Assembly (NCBI RefSeq): GCF_902652985.1
Contig: NC_047031.1
Coordinates: forward strand, 29,140,001 to 29,204,000
Direction: 5' to 3'
Source of the DNA: Pecten maximus
Lineage: Eukaryota
Length of the DNA: 64,000 nucleotides
Below are positions 51,702 to 64,000 of this stretch, one piece after another; position 1 is the stretch's first letter; each line of letters starts with the position of its first letter. A model generated the notes under the pieces. The model made no database searches. It saw only the letters and a program-made list of their open reading frames with translations, and was not told the DNA's origin. The translations under genes were made by a program, and so were the position numbers.

Positions 51702-54700
51702 GACGAGGATTCGGACCGAGTACATTAACGCCAAAAATTCAATGGATCTGCTTTCACACTCTCACAGGATTTTCACTTTGCGCAAACCCTTTGGTAAACA
51801 AACCGTTTGGAGATATCGAAATTTTTTCAAACATATTCTAAAAACAAATGACGTTGCCAAGGCACTTGATATTTATTTTAACCCCAGGATCACGTACGCA
51901 CGATCACCTTTCTGTCTTTCACAATATACATTTTCGTTTTCCCGCATGATATAAATCCAATTTGAATAACTTAGCAAATCTCAGTCTAGGTGAATTTATT
52001 TCAACATTTATAGCGTGACATTTTTAATTCTAATTAAAGTAGTGCATTTGGAATTTGTTGTATTGTTTTGTCTTTTTTGTTATTCAATAAAAAAAACCCA
52101 GAAAAGTTGACCATTATGTTATTCCAAGTGACCATGTGAGCATTAAAACATCAATTACAAAATTTGGAAGATTATAGTGAGAAGCAGATCAACAGATTAC
52201 TATAGGAACCACGGAACCAAATGATTTCCCATAGACGATAATGTTATCGTTTACCAATGTGCTGCTTAAATGGAGTTTTCAAAATTGGCCCACTAGCCAT
52301 AATTGTGAAGAATGTAATCTCGGAAACCAATTTAAACTTTTTTTATGTGGGGGTCCACATCTTGTATTGAATTCAGCACCAAAAATTCACCTAAATTTAC
52401 AACAAAATACACACTTAATCAACTCCCCCTGACAAAAACAGGCTAGAAAAAAACAACTTTTTTTCTATATATTTTACATCTACATGTATTGCCCAGCCCA
52501 CACATAAAACTTTGGAAACTTCTCCCACCTAAATATCCTATCAGTAGGCCCCGATGCATTGACCTTGTCCAAACAGGGAAAACTCACAATTTATTAATGC
52601 AGTATTACTCAAAATCTGACCAGTTTCTGCAAGAGCTGTATCGTCGCAAACTGAAAAGCTAGACTAAATTAAAGAACAGGAAATTTCCATGACGCGATGT
52701 ATCTTTGACCAATAACTCTGTTAACAAAACAAAATGGCAGATGCAATAACTGTGAGCGTGGTAAGAAACTGTTTTTTAAGGATTTTAGACCAAATTACAT
52801 TGCAGATAAGCAAAAGCTTTTAAATTGTCATTATATAGGCACAACTATCCAGAGATTATTTGGTGATAAATTTTCATGGCGTTCACTTATAAAAACCCAA
52901 CTGAAATATGCCATAGTCATTTCAATGAAGCCGAGAAAAAGCTTCAATTTGACTCCAAAAGATATGCAACTCTATACCATTATTGTGCTGACTGTTTTTT
53001 ATTAGATGTATAAATTATGCTATATGCCTATCATGTTTGCCGTATTATGATTGGTCTAGACAGGTCTTGCAGATGGAGAATACAAAAAGATGATGTTTTG
53101 ACCAGCGTTGAGTGAGGGTATATACGGATGAAATAGGTCATCGACTTTGAGACTAAATAAATAAGTGTTTTGGGGGTAAATATATATCTCATTTATCCAT
53201 ATATATATATCTAAGAGTAGGTGTTGTGTCACTCCCGATTTTATTGTATTTGCACCAAAATCCTACCGAGACACCAAACGGTGTCGGATAATTCCACGTT
53301 TTCATATAGTAATGCACTCTGGCCCTACAGCAGACATGATGTCAGGGCCAGAGGGTACTCGGGTTACTGTCTGGCTTGGTTAGTTACGTTTTGCCTTTTT
53401 TGGCGGTTTACAAGATATCGTTCGGAAAAATAAAAGATTGAAAAGAAATGACACTTATTTCAACTTTGAGGTCAAGGCACACACTACACATTGTTTCGTT
53501 TATGTATTTCATTGTTTTCAACATTTTCTCCTTAGTACGAGAGGCGATGTTAAAGTTTACAGACGGAAAATCTTCCTTGAGATCAGCTTTAACCTGCATT
53601 TGCATATAGTGGTACTATTCGTTTAGCTGGTTATGTAGAATATCATGAAAGGGGAACAACTCCGTGACAATATTAAGAATTAAATCAAGTGTGCATGCAG
53701 TTTCCAAACCTGACTGGGACAGTACGGCGTTTTTCATTTTTTCCCCATTTTAACAAACAGGCAGGGCCTAAATAAATTCTCTCCATATTATAGGTGGACA
53801 AATAGTGAAAAAGTGGAAAATTTAATTCGGATAATTGAAATCGAGTTATATATACTTACAATTAACAAACAGCAAATTTATACATATTGAGAGGGAGATA
53901 AATCTTATGCATGTATCTAATTAATTTTGGACATACAAATACAGATACACATACAAACAAAACGTACATTTGTATTTATAAGGTATGAGAGATTAAATTA
54001 GCACATAGCAACATAATTATATGTATGTAATAGTAGCATAGTTATTCAGTAAACAGTTTGGTAGATAGACCAAATGACCGTATGCAAACTTTTGCATAAG
54101 TCATATCTACCAAGCTGTGTTTTTAGAGTAAAAAATTCACTACATCATACATGTACCTGTAATCATAAAAGAAATAGGGAAATACTGCATGAATGATACA
54201 TTGAAATGTACATAGAGGAAAATTAAAACAATATGAGGTGATAATCAATTTCTAAATATATTTGATATAATGACATCATGTAATTTTGTATTTTATAAAA
54301 GTTGAAACGATTTGATTTACCTATATAATAATGAATCTGGTGTAGCATCAGTTTATTTGTATTTCCATCACAGCTCGAGCATCCATTTACTAGGGTTTCC
54401 ATAGAAGTATGATTATTGTTAGTAACACAGTTATCAAGAAAGTTAAAAAGATTATTACGCAGGTCATTGTATAGTGGGCATTCTTGAAAAAATGGCGTTT
54501 TACTAAGGGAAATACAATGAAACGGGTACTTGTATGCCTATGGTGACTGAATACGGTTTTCCCATGTGGGAAAGACGACATTTAATCTATCAAATCTTGA
54601 GTCGTCGTGGTCTGAGCACGCGCGAACGCAACAAGACAAAAAGGCGCTTACACGTCAACACGACATGACCGGAACAAACCATCATTTGTATGACGCTAAA

Positions 54701-55134
54701 AATAAAGTTACTTGCAAGCAAATGTGTCGAAAAAGATTTAAAAGTTATGCTTAATAAAAACGTTTGATGAGTTATTTGACTACATAAAATAAATATAACT
54801 GTTTCGGAGTGAACCAACGACACAGTAAACAGAATAACCCCCAAGAAAAAAAATCAAAATTATAAATTACAAGAATAAAACAAGTTAACAACTTCAGAAG
54901 TCATGTGATGCAGCCATGGAAACATAATAAATTATACGAAATTATAATCTTTAACTGAGTTGATGACTGCACACACCTGCTCACAGACGTATTTGACCTT
55001 TCACCCTAGATTACGTATCGATGAGTACCTGGAGTATAGCATAAGGTAAGGGCGACACACACCTGTCGTTTGGACGGTTTTAGTGATGTTGACATCACAG
55101 GAGTATTTAATCTGAAGTGACAGAAAAAAGGATA

Positions 55135-57941
55135 ATGAACATTATTTTACCAGAAAATATGAGAATGATCATCGACAGTTTGACTTCCATTTTACTCATC
55201 AATATTGCGTGTTACACTTGTCAAGGTAGGTCCTTTTTTAAATTGTGCCTTCCGATGGAACATTGCAAAGGTTATTTTACATTAAGGATTGAAGCAAGGG
55301 TACATGTGCAGAGGTGTGACATAAATGAGTTCGTAACGTTCAAATGTACTATGAATTATCAGTATTTTGTCTTAATTCAGGAATGGATTATGTAACGAAT
55401 TTGATGTGTTTTAAAAGAAATCTAGTTTCCTCACGTTATTAAAAGGACTGCCCAATATAATGCTAATTTAAAACAAAATCAAAGTGATACCGTGGTTTTT
55501 TATACCCTTATTTAAAGTAAATAGCGTTCCAAAAGAAAATAATGTTGTAAATGATGTTTATTTTTTAAGTGAATGAGGAATTTTTATTGAAAACAGCATG
55601 AAAATTAACTTTAAACCAATATCTTTAAGCTTGCAAAGGTTTCCTATCAATGAATCCAGAAAAAAATCATTGAAATATGTTTCTACTCTAAGATAACAGT
55701 ATGGTAGAATTTAATACGAACTGAAATCACTTTTGACATGCTATTAAAGATATACAATAATAATTTATCTATTCTAGACTTTGGTGCATTTTTATTCAAT
55801 TAATCTTAACTACAAACCATGTCTTATTATCAGAATGATTTATTTGATGTAAAAATGTACTTTTGGTTAATTTTGTATGGGAATGCATAGTTTAATCGTT
55901 TTGTCTACCAATAATACAATTAAAAGGTTATAAAGGTTTGAAGCTTGCCAATGTTGCTTGATTTGGCGAAAACAAATATTTTGATTGTTTTGTTATTTTA
56001 GACGTTTTACAAAATGGTCCAATGTCACACAATGGAAATCTGTTCAAAGATTTGAATGAGAATACAGGTAACAACATAAATGGAATGCCAGCATACATCC
56101 CACGAGGAAACATGGCGGCCATGACCGGATATGGACAGAATTGTCCCCTTTTACAAGGAATGACAATCCAGAACGCACAATCCAGTTCAATTCAATTCGG
56201 AATAAATCCAATTCGACCTTTTATGGGTAATTCACATTAACTCTTGTGGTTTAAAGGATTTTATTTAACGATTTTTGCAAAATAAAATATATGATCTTTG
56301 TTGAACATGTTTGTGATAGTTATATTTGAATACTTCTGATGATACGTGATTTTGAAATCGTGCTTATTTTATGTAATGTTCAATTTGTTCGATATGCAAC
56401 AAAGTTAGGTTTAGAAATTTGCAATATTGAAATGAAGCGTTACCAAAATTAAGGCAGGCATCCGTTGTATTTGTTTATGGTTCTTCAAATTTAGCATTTA
56501 TGACGTTAGTGTGATGACGTTGTGTTATTTACAGGCATACCTTCCGGTTGTAGCTGTACACTGACCGTCAATATGAGAGGGTGTTTCATCTGTCCTTGCG
56601 GAAATAACGGTACGATATCTACTTTTGCAATCTGTAGATTTACCAAATATATTTATCAAATGATAATAATAGTAATTTCAAAAAAAAAAATAAAAAAAAA
56701 TATATATATATATTATTGCGTTTGTGTTGGTGACAGTGTTTCCAATATCGCTCCTTCATTTCACGAGCATTCCATATTGTAAATATCATATCTTAACGGT
56801 ACCTTTATTTTAATATGTCGTGCTGAATTATGATTGCGCTATGTACACGTTTTCTATATCAAATAATAATGGTGCGCTAATTAATCCTTGCATTAGTAAT
56901 CAGTTAAAATGATAAAGTGCTGAAGTAACTACATGAACAGTTGTTTGAATCATGGTGGAAACATTAAACCTAATATTGAACTGTAAAATTTGCATGCTAA
57001 AGTGCTGAAATAACTGCATGAACAGTTGTTTGAAACGTGGTGGAAACAATAAACTTAAATTGAACTGTAAAATTTGCATGTTAAAGTGCTGAAATAACTA
57101 CAGGAACAGTTGTTTGAAACATGGTGGAAACATTAAACCTTATACTGAACTGTAAAATTTGCAGTCATATCTACTTTAACCTTAATCGTTCTGTTTATCA
57201 GAGACGCCGATTCCGACCACTGATCGAGGGACATTAACAACTCCTACCACGAAGGTTATACAAACCGGAAGTCCTCGCTCTACCTCAGCTAGACAATCAC
57301 ATTATCAGACGTCTGGATTGTCATCTGCACTCCTCGGAAAGGTTAATGAGGAGAGACAGCCAGGTATGAACTGGAATCACGAGAACAATGTGCTTTATGG
57401 TGAAAACAAAGAACTAAAAAGTACACAAATCTCTTCATTAATGAGCGAAAAGATTGTGACAGGTCAAATTTTAGAATCTGATAAAAGTATAAAGTTAAAG
57501 AATTTATCAGACACTGAAACCTCATTTGGGAATTTCTCGTCGTTGCAACATCAGACCCGGAATGTAGAAGATTTATCCAGTGAAAGAAGCTTCCCGTTTG
57601 CTGTTTCTCTTGGAAGTTTATTTCTTCTGACATGCGCAGTGTGTTGTGTGCTGGCATACCTGTTGTTTAAGACAAGGAAACACATAAAACACCAACGGAA
57701 CGAGTTGTACTTCGTCGAAAAGTCGTTCAGGCAATCAATATCATCAAATGACGATAGCATGAAAAGTGCAGATGAGATTATATATTCTCTGATCGGAAAA
57801 CGGAAACCGCCTGTTTTACCCGCACGGTCACCTCCTCTGACGCCTACAGCGCCACCTGTTTCTTCGGCGACATCTTCCGGTCAAACTTGCTTTAGTTTCC
57901 CGCCTGATGATCTTAGACATGACTATTTGGAACTGATATGA
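55135..57941 (+). CDS. Single-pass type I membrane protein (~370 aa): signal peptide, N/G/M-rich region, small Cys module, T/P-rich stalk, TM, Tyr- and Pro-motif tail
   Basis: Exons 55135 (or 55159)-55225, 56002-56226, 56535-56609, 57202-57941; all phase-1 GT-AG introns, open frame; TM FPFAVSLGSLFLLTCAVCCVLAYLLF followed by KTRK. Confidence 0.8.
56913..57163 (+). repeat. Intronic ~85-bp tandem repeat x3
   Basis: taaagtgctgaa.taact at 56913, 56998 and 57082. Confidence 0.9.
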
Positions 57942-58849
57942 ACAGTTTCAATGGAATGAATGTCTTTGAGAGGGTGACACTGCCAGGTGGTGTAAGGCTG
58001 TTTGTTACACCTGTCTTATACTACTGTTCATGTTGTACCTTAAAAGGTCTGTTCAAAGTATATCTAAAACGCGTTGGCCTTTAGAACGCGTTGATATGCT
58101 GCTTACCAAATTATGAATGAAGTTGACTTTCTCGGCAAAAAAAAAATAAGTGAATAGAGATAAACCAGAGGACAATCCCGGTAACTGCTTAAACATCATA
58201 TTCGAAACAAAAATGGAAATTGTCAATTATCATGACATGTTACGCCTTATTAGAGAACACCCATGAATCTATTCAAGGACATGCTGTATGAAAAAGAAGA
58301 AAAAAACAACAAAAAACTAAATCCTTCATTCACCTTTTCGTCAGTAATACCATATTCTCTTAATCACTGTCAACTGAATTGTGCATAGTGTTGTTGGAAA
58401 AAACAGCTGTCAAAATGTATGTACATCTAATTCTACGACCCGAGGGATTACGTTACTAGGATAATAATTGAAGATTTAACAACTATGCGCAACCGCTGTA
58501 TGCAAGTTTCGGAAAATGCATTGGACTTAATTCATGAAATAACCACGGTATATCCATACAAGCCTGAACCTGACTTAGAACAACACAAAGACAGTAATTC
58601 AGTAACCAATATTGCCTTTCCTCTATCATCGGTTGTGTGTTATCTATTGTTACGTAATTTTGAACAACACCTCTATTTTGAGTGATCAAACATTTGAGGT
58701 ATTCGTATTGAGAATAAGGAAAAAGTTAATAACTTTCTAAATACTAATGCTATATTGATACAAATATTAACCGAAAATGTGATACACTTATCACTATGGA
58801 AATACCACGTACATTATCAATAACTCCATGTATTCTTATCTTTATAGTA

Positions 58850-58970
58850 TGTAGTATGTGTTTGTCTCCTTGTGGTAGCGATGAACTAATGCCGACTTTA
58901 TAGTGCTACATTGTACCTCACTGAAGTATACTGGCGAAGGCATCTAGCAGGACATCTCACCCGGTCACAT
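58850..58970 (-). mobile_element. Meta-core SINE 3' fragment
   Basis: ttatagtgctac...cactgaag...cacccggtcacat is the reverse complement of the Meta-SINE 3' body. Confidence 0.5.
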
Positions 58971-59325
58971 CTAGAGCTTAGTACTTTGATCTCAAATGTC
59001 GTCTCAGACGAAGATAGCAGTAACACTGGAGCATTCAGAATAAACAAAAAAACACAAACTCATGACAAATATTGCTCTGTGGACGAGTGGATGGGTCAAT
59101 ATATTAATCAAGGTTATGTATTATCCGCCATATAATCTGACAGCAGTTTATCAGGTATGGACGGGGAGGTAACCTTGCACGATGCAATGCCAAGACCACA
59201 GCCAAAATTAAATCAAATCATATCAAAGATTCTACACAACTAACAGCGTATATACTGGTAAAATGACCTTCATGGTATAGAAATATATCTTCCGATGGAA
59301 ACTATTAAAACTAATAACAGTCATG

Positions 59326-60503
59326 AAACAAGAGGCCCATGGGTCCTGTATCGCTCACATGGTTGGATTTGACCAAATGTCAAAATAATGTTCATTTTCA
59401 ATTGGTTTTATTTGTCAATCTCAAACAATGCTATCGATAGTTAAAGTGGGGGATTCCAACTGCTTTAGAGAAATGACAAAGTCAAGACTCTCTAAGGGTC
59501 TGAAAGACCGCAAGGATTATTTTTACAACATCCATTCATAACTTTATGACTAGTACCGATTTAAAGGAATACCAATTATTTCCCTTATTGGGCCCCGCTC
59601 CTTTGGCCCCTCGGGGGTCAGAGTCACCATTTATTCAAAATCTGTTCCCCTTCCCCCAAGGATGTTTCTGACCAAATTTGGATCAAATCCATTCATAACT
59701 TTATGACTAGTAGCGATTTAAAGGCATGACATCTATTTCCCCTATTGGGCCCCGCCCCTTTGGCCCCTTACGGGTCAGAGTCACCATTTATGCAAAATCT
59801 GCTCCCCTTCCCCAAGGATGTTTCTGACTAAATTGGGATCAAATCCATTCATGACTTTATGACTAGTAGTGATTTAAAGGTCATCATTCATAACTTTATA
59901 TTTACATTTCCATTGTGTGTTCTCTTTATGAAGGTACTAACAAAATTAGCGTTAATTCCTATTTGAACAATTAACCTGCCGCGTATGAATACATACAGTA
60001 CATTGTTGACGGTGCCAATGCAGAAGTGTGAATATAAAATCGCGTTTGATTACACATGAAATAATGTTTTATCAACTTTAAAACGTGTTAATAATTGTAA
60101 AATTGAAGACAACATTTCAATATTTTTCTTTCATGATGATTAAAATAATGAATTTGTGTGGAACTATATTTTGTGTACTTGTGTACTTGATTACCTTTCC
60201 CGCCAAATTGGAACTATCTGTTACGCTGTTACATCGAACATTCAGCTGTTTCGTCACTACGTATAACGAACGTAGAATACTGTTTCTTATGATTTTTTTT
60301 CAAAGGTTACGTTGAAAAATAGTTTTGAAATGTAAATATAAGAAATAACAGTTATTTCTTAAATGACTAGTACCGATTTAAAGGCATGACCTCTATTTCC
60401 CCTATTGGGCCTCGCCCTTTTGGCCCCTTGGGGATCAGAGTCATCATTTATGCAAAATCTGTTCCCCTTCCCCCAAGGACCATCGGTCCAGGTGAGCTAA
60501 AAA
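59326..60503 (-). mobile_element. HINE-like element with ~157-bp internal units, interrupted by ~480 bp of unrelated DNA (59900-60360)
   Basis: aacaagaggcccatggg end palindrome; unit marker atgactagta near 59546, 59703, 59859 and 60363; ggtccaggtgagctaaaa end. Confidence 0.7.
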
Positions 60504-61431
60504 TGAGTAACTATCATGTCGAAGAATATATTCCAAATAAAGAGACCGTTTACAATAGAATTTCGTCAGGTTTTCCATTGAGCATCAGTCACGAGATCAA
60601 TTTTACTTCCTTTTGGAAAGTCCCGAAAGAAAGCCCGATGTCTATACTAACATCCAATAAACTTCCTGTATAATGTACATTGGACTCAATAGTTAATCAT
60701 AGTATGACATGTAAATCAATTTCAAAACTTATTAAACAATATTGGAACTTGTAAAATTTTATGTGTAATCTCGGTAATTAAAGAAATTGTTTCAAAAGAA
60801 AAAAAAACCAACACATGTATATGATTTAAACGTCCCTCGCCATTAAATGTTCAGCCAATCCAAATTCCGGTGTAAATAACCATTACTCAGCTAAGGTATA
60901 ATAATATACACGATTTTATAGATTTTCATGATTCACATTTGACGAACATATTCTTCTACCAACAGAATGTATCTTTGAACGCCACCATTTAGAAATGTTC
61001 CTGGAGGGCAGTTTGAATGTAGGTATTAATCATAGTCTTTTCCCTAATGTGAGTCTCAGTGCCAACACTTAGGTTTACCTGTAAAAATCAATGTAACTCC
61101 GTATTTTCATATTTACAGCAGATATTTTCTATTCCTTTTTTTTTTTATTTCTGTATTGTTTATTTTTCACTTCGATATTTACCTTGTATTCAGATGTACC
61201 CAATTTGGACCAATACACGTTTTATTTGACAGTGAATCTAATTATAGGCAGTGAAACTAAATACTTCTATTTTTTATTGTATGTTTATATAACATTGTTT
61301 ACTTATAGCAGATATACCTATATAACTACAATGTATCTACATTCAAGTTTGAGAATGATCTATAATAGCCATTTAGTTCTTAAATTTGGGAACAGGCAGA
61401 AACAAACTTTGATTGTCAAAATATAAGATGC

Positions 61432-61575
61432 CTATCGGCCATGTTATTTTTTTCGATCGGTCCCGTTACATGGGACAAAGAGAAACCTATATATGAAATT
61501 TGAGAAAAATCCCTTCAGTACCTTTTGAGAATTAGCGATAACAAGACTTGTTTACGGACGCACGGACCGCAAACA
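61432..61575 (-). mobile_element. Fragment of the 155-bp-unit HINE family
   Basis: atgaaatttgagaaaaatcccttcagtac...agcgataacaa is the reverse complement of the unit at 7819; followed by acggacgcacggac. Confidence 0.65.
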
Positions 61576-62172
61576 CTTTCATGGCATAATCAGTCTTTTT
61601 TTTTGTGTGAACAGAAATGATCAATAGGGTTCCGTCCAATGAGCCTGCAAGTATTTCTTCCAGACACACAGATTCACTTTCTTTAATAAACTCATTTAAT
61701 TATTACGGTAGATGTTAGTGTTTTTTGACGAAAATTGTGAAACATTATAATGATTTCTATTGAGGATATTTTCATTAATCACTTGAAAATATAATTTCAA
61801 AGTAAAACGAGGTAATCAAATTTCCAAAAGACTTAAATTCTTCCTTGTTAACATCTACTATTACCACTTTGATGTGGATCACTAACACTAAAAGATAGTT
61901 CCTAAAACACATACAGGTGGCATCACCTTTGTCGTTCATTGGCCATCGGTAATAGCCAAGGTCACAGTTTGCGCCATCACTCCGGTCAGCGAATGTCCAC
62001 CTGCCGGGGTCATCACAATCATTATCAGGAGTCGAATACTGGTCACGTGGTCCACCGTTGTCCGAGCGATACTAATACCGATATGATTGGGTCACTGCAA
62101 TAATTTCGTATGTACGGGAGAAATTTTGTCGCTACTTTTCTTTTTCACTCAGACAATATTGTAATTGTCACG

Positions 62173-63773
62173 ATGGATGTAGTACCAGTATATATTATAA
62201 TCCTACTTGTTCCGTTCTGCAACGGTAAGTAATTTTTTTTCTAAGGTATGTAATTCTAAAAACAGGCAAACAGAAATAAAACATGGGCAACATATGAGAA
62301 AAACAAGCGAGGTACAATCACTGAATCACTGGATGACATCAATATAAGTTTCGTTTGACTTCAATGATGTATGGTGGCGTTTTCCCATAACTGGAATTTA
62401 TCTTTCGCGACTTAGATGGTTATGTCCTATCTGTAACGTATCAACTTAAAACTGAATGTGAGACAGAATCATGAGATACATTGCAAAGATAAATATTGTT
62501 TACAACGAATACAACGATGATATCTCTGATTTTGTCGCCTTTTACAAATCATGGGATACATCAGGAAGACTTTTTTTAAACGAAGAGAACGAAATATGAT
62601 ATCTCTAATTGATAATAATAATAATAGTAATAGAAGACTTTATGTAGGGTCGATGACATTTTGAGTCGCAAGACTCTTCCAAGTGGTCGACATTTTATGT
62701 ACATGTACAATATTTACAACAGATTTACTCACCTTTTACGAAACATGCCATGGGGGCAGCATGTGCAGCATACCAGATAACATGTCAGGCCGGTACGTTA
62801 CACTTGCTCTGAGTGTGTCCAATGTTGTAACACACAAAAACTATTATTAATCTACTTTTTAAGGCAACAATTCTGCGATCAATGTCACAACATTTTATGA
62901 TGGATACGAACAAACTTGAAATCGGACGGAACAAGGCGATAGAACTCTTGCCAAACACAAATATAATATCTTTGAGTTATCTTTCCTGGAACAGAATTTT
63001 GTTTCCATTTATTCTTTGTAAATAATGTCGGAAATGATCATGAATTAAAGCATTTATATCTTCATATATAGAGCTATTTTAATGTTTTATATTATATGGT
63101 ACGTTCAATTACAAAATGGAATTTTCAGTTTTCATTCAACGTATCTTTAACTGATGTATAAATGCATGATATTTTCATATTAACAACAGGTACAAAATAT
63201 TTCTGTTAATTTATTTACGTGGAAAATGGAATTTTCAGTTTTCATTCAGTATTTCCTCAAATTATTTATAAAAGCGTGGTATTTTCATATAAACATCAGG
63301 TACACACTTTTTCTGTTTATTAGTTTTCGTTACAGGAGGAGTTTTAACACAGGTACAGTGTAAGTCCCTTCCTTACTTCTGCCCCCAGTGGTGTATAGGT
63401 ACCAGTAGTGGATGTACCGTGTGCGACTGTGCGAAGTATGGAACAGTTGGGGTTGGTAACGGATTCGCTGGACTAGGTGCTGTGAGTGGAGGATCCGGAC
63501 TGTCAATGATCAACCCTGGGGGAATGATAGGGTTTGGGACAGGATCTCAATCGTCTCCAGCTGTAGGTAAATTTAACTCGAATCTTCCCGGCAGATTCAA
63601 CCCTGCTAATACTGGACTATATAATCCTTTCATGACCGGAAGTGGAGGCACCGACCCTAGTAATCCGAACGGTTTCGGTAATCCGGCAAACTTAGGGATG
63701 GCAGCAGGAGCTGGAATACCGTCAAATCCTGGAGGCAGCACATCTGTAGGGGGGAACCCTGTACTGACAGCAG
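62173..63773 (+). CDS. Secreted or membrane protein, 3'-incomplete: signal peptide, 6-Cys antistasin-like module, Gly/Asn/Pro-rich region
   Basis: Exon 62173-62224 MDVVPVYIIILLVPFCN|gtaagt (phase 1); acceptor tttcgttacag at 63335 continues in frame GGVLTQVQCKSLPYFCPQWCIGTSSGCTVCDCAKYG...; exon end uncertain (donor at 63774 or stop at 63865). Confidence 0.75.
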
Positions 63774-64000
63774 GTAATCCGGGGTCTTTTACAGGGGAAA
63801 CCCTATATATACTGACAGCAGGTAATTTGGGGTCTTTTACAGGGGAAACCCTATATATATACTGACAGCAGGTAATTTGGGGTCTTTTACAGGGGAAACT
63901 CTATATATACTGACAGCAGGTAATCCGGGGTCTTTTACAGGGGAAACCCTATATATATACTGACAGCAGGTAATTTGGGGTCTTTTACAGGGGAAACCAT
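63762..64000 (+). repeat. 48/50-bp alternating minisatellite running off the window
   Basis: tactgacagcaggtaat at 63762, 63810, 63860, 63908 and 63958. Confidence 0.95.

Overview
AT-rich, intron-containing animal genomic DNA. The repeat families (HINE/pearl-type elements with ~155-bp internal arrays, V- and Meta-core SINEs, Mag-type Gypsy, Tx1-type L1) point to a bivalve mollusc; this is an inference. Contents in order: (1) 1-4179, the 3' part of an intronless multi-C2H2 zinc-finger CDS broken by three +1 frameshifts. (2) 7.1-25.5 kb, a tandem segmental duplication (2 copies plus a partial third) built from decayed TEs, with copy-specific insertions and deletions. (3) A gene absent from the ORF track: a probable 5' UTR exon near 29.7 kb and 11 coding micro-exons (17-71 nt) at 38118-51701. 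It encodes a ~194-aa protein starting MGNKHS (myristoylation-type) with five C-x2-G-H-x-H-S-S-x2-[DE]-x3-C motifs joined by charged helical linkers. The gene has expanded by 1.63-kb exon+intron tandem duplications in which exons differ far more than introns. Its introns hold a chimeric antisense Gypsy and a split L1/Tx1. (4) A 4-exon single-pass membrane protein gene (55.1-57.9 kb) and the start of a secreted Gly/Asn/Pro-rich gene (62.2 kb onward); both carry a small GC-x2-C-x-C module. All gene models were read by eye from splice signals and reading frame. No database search was run.
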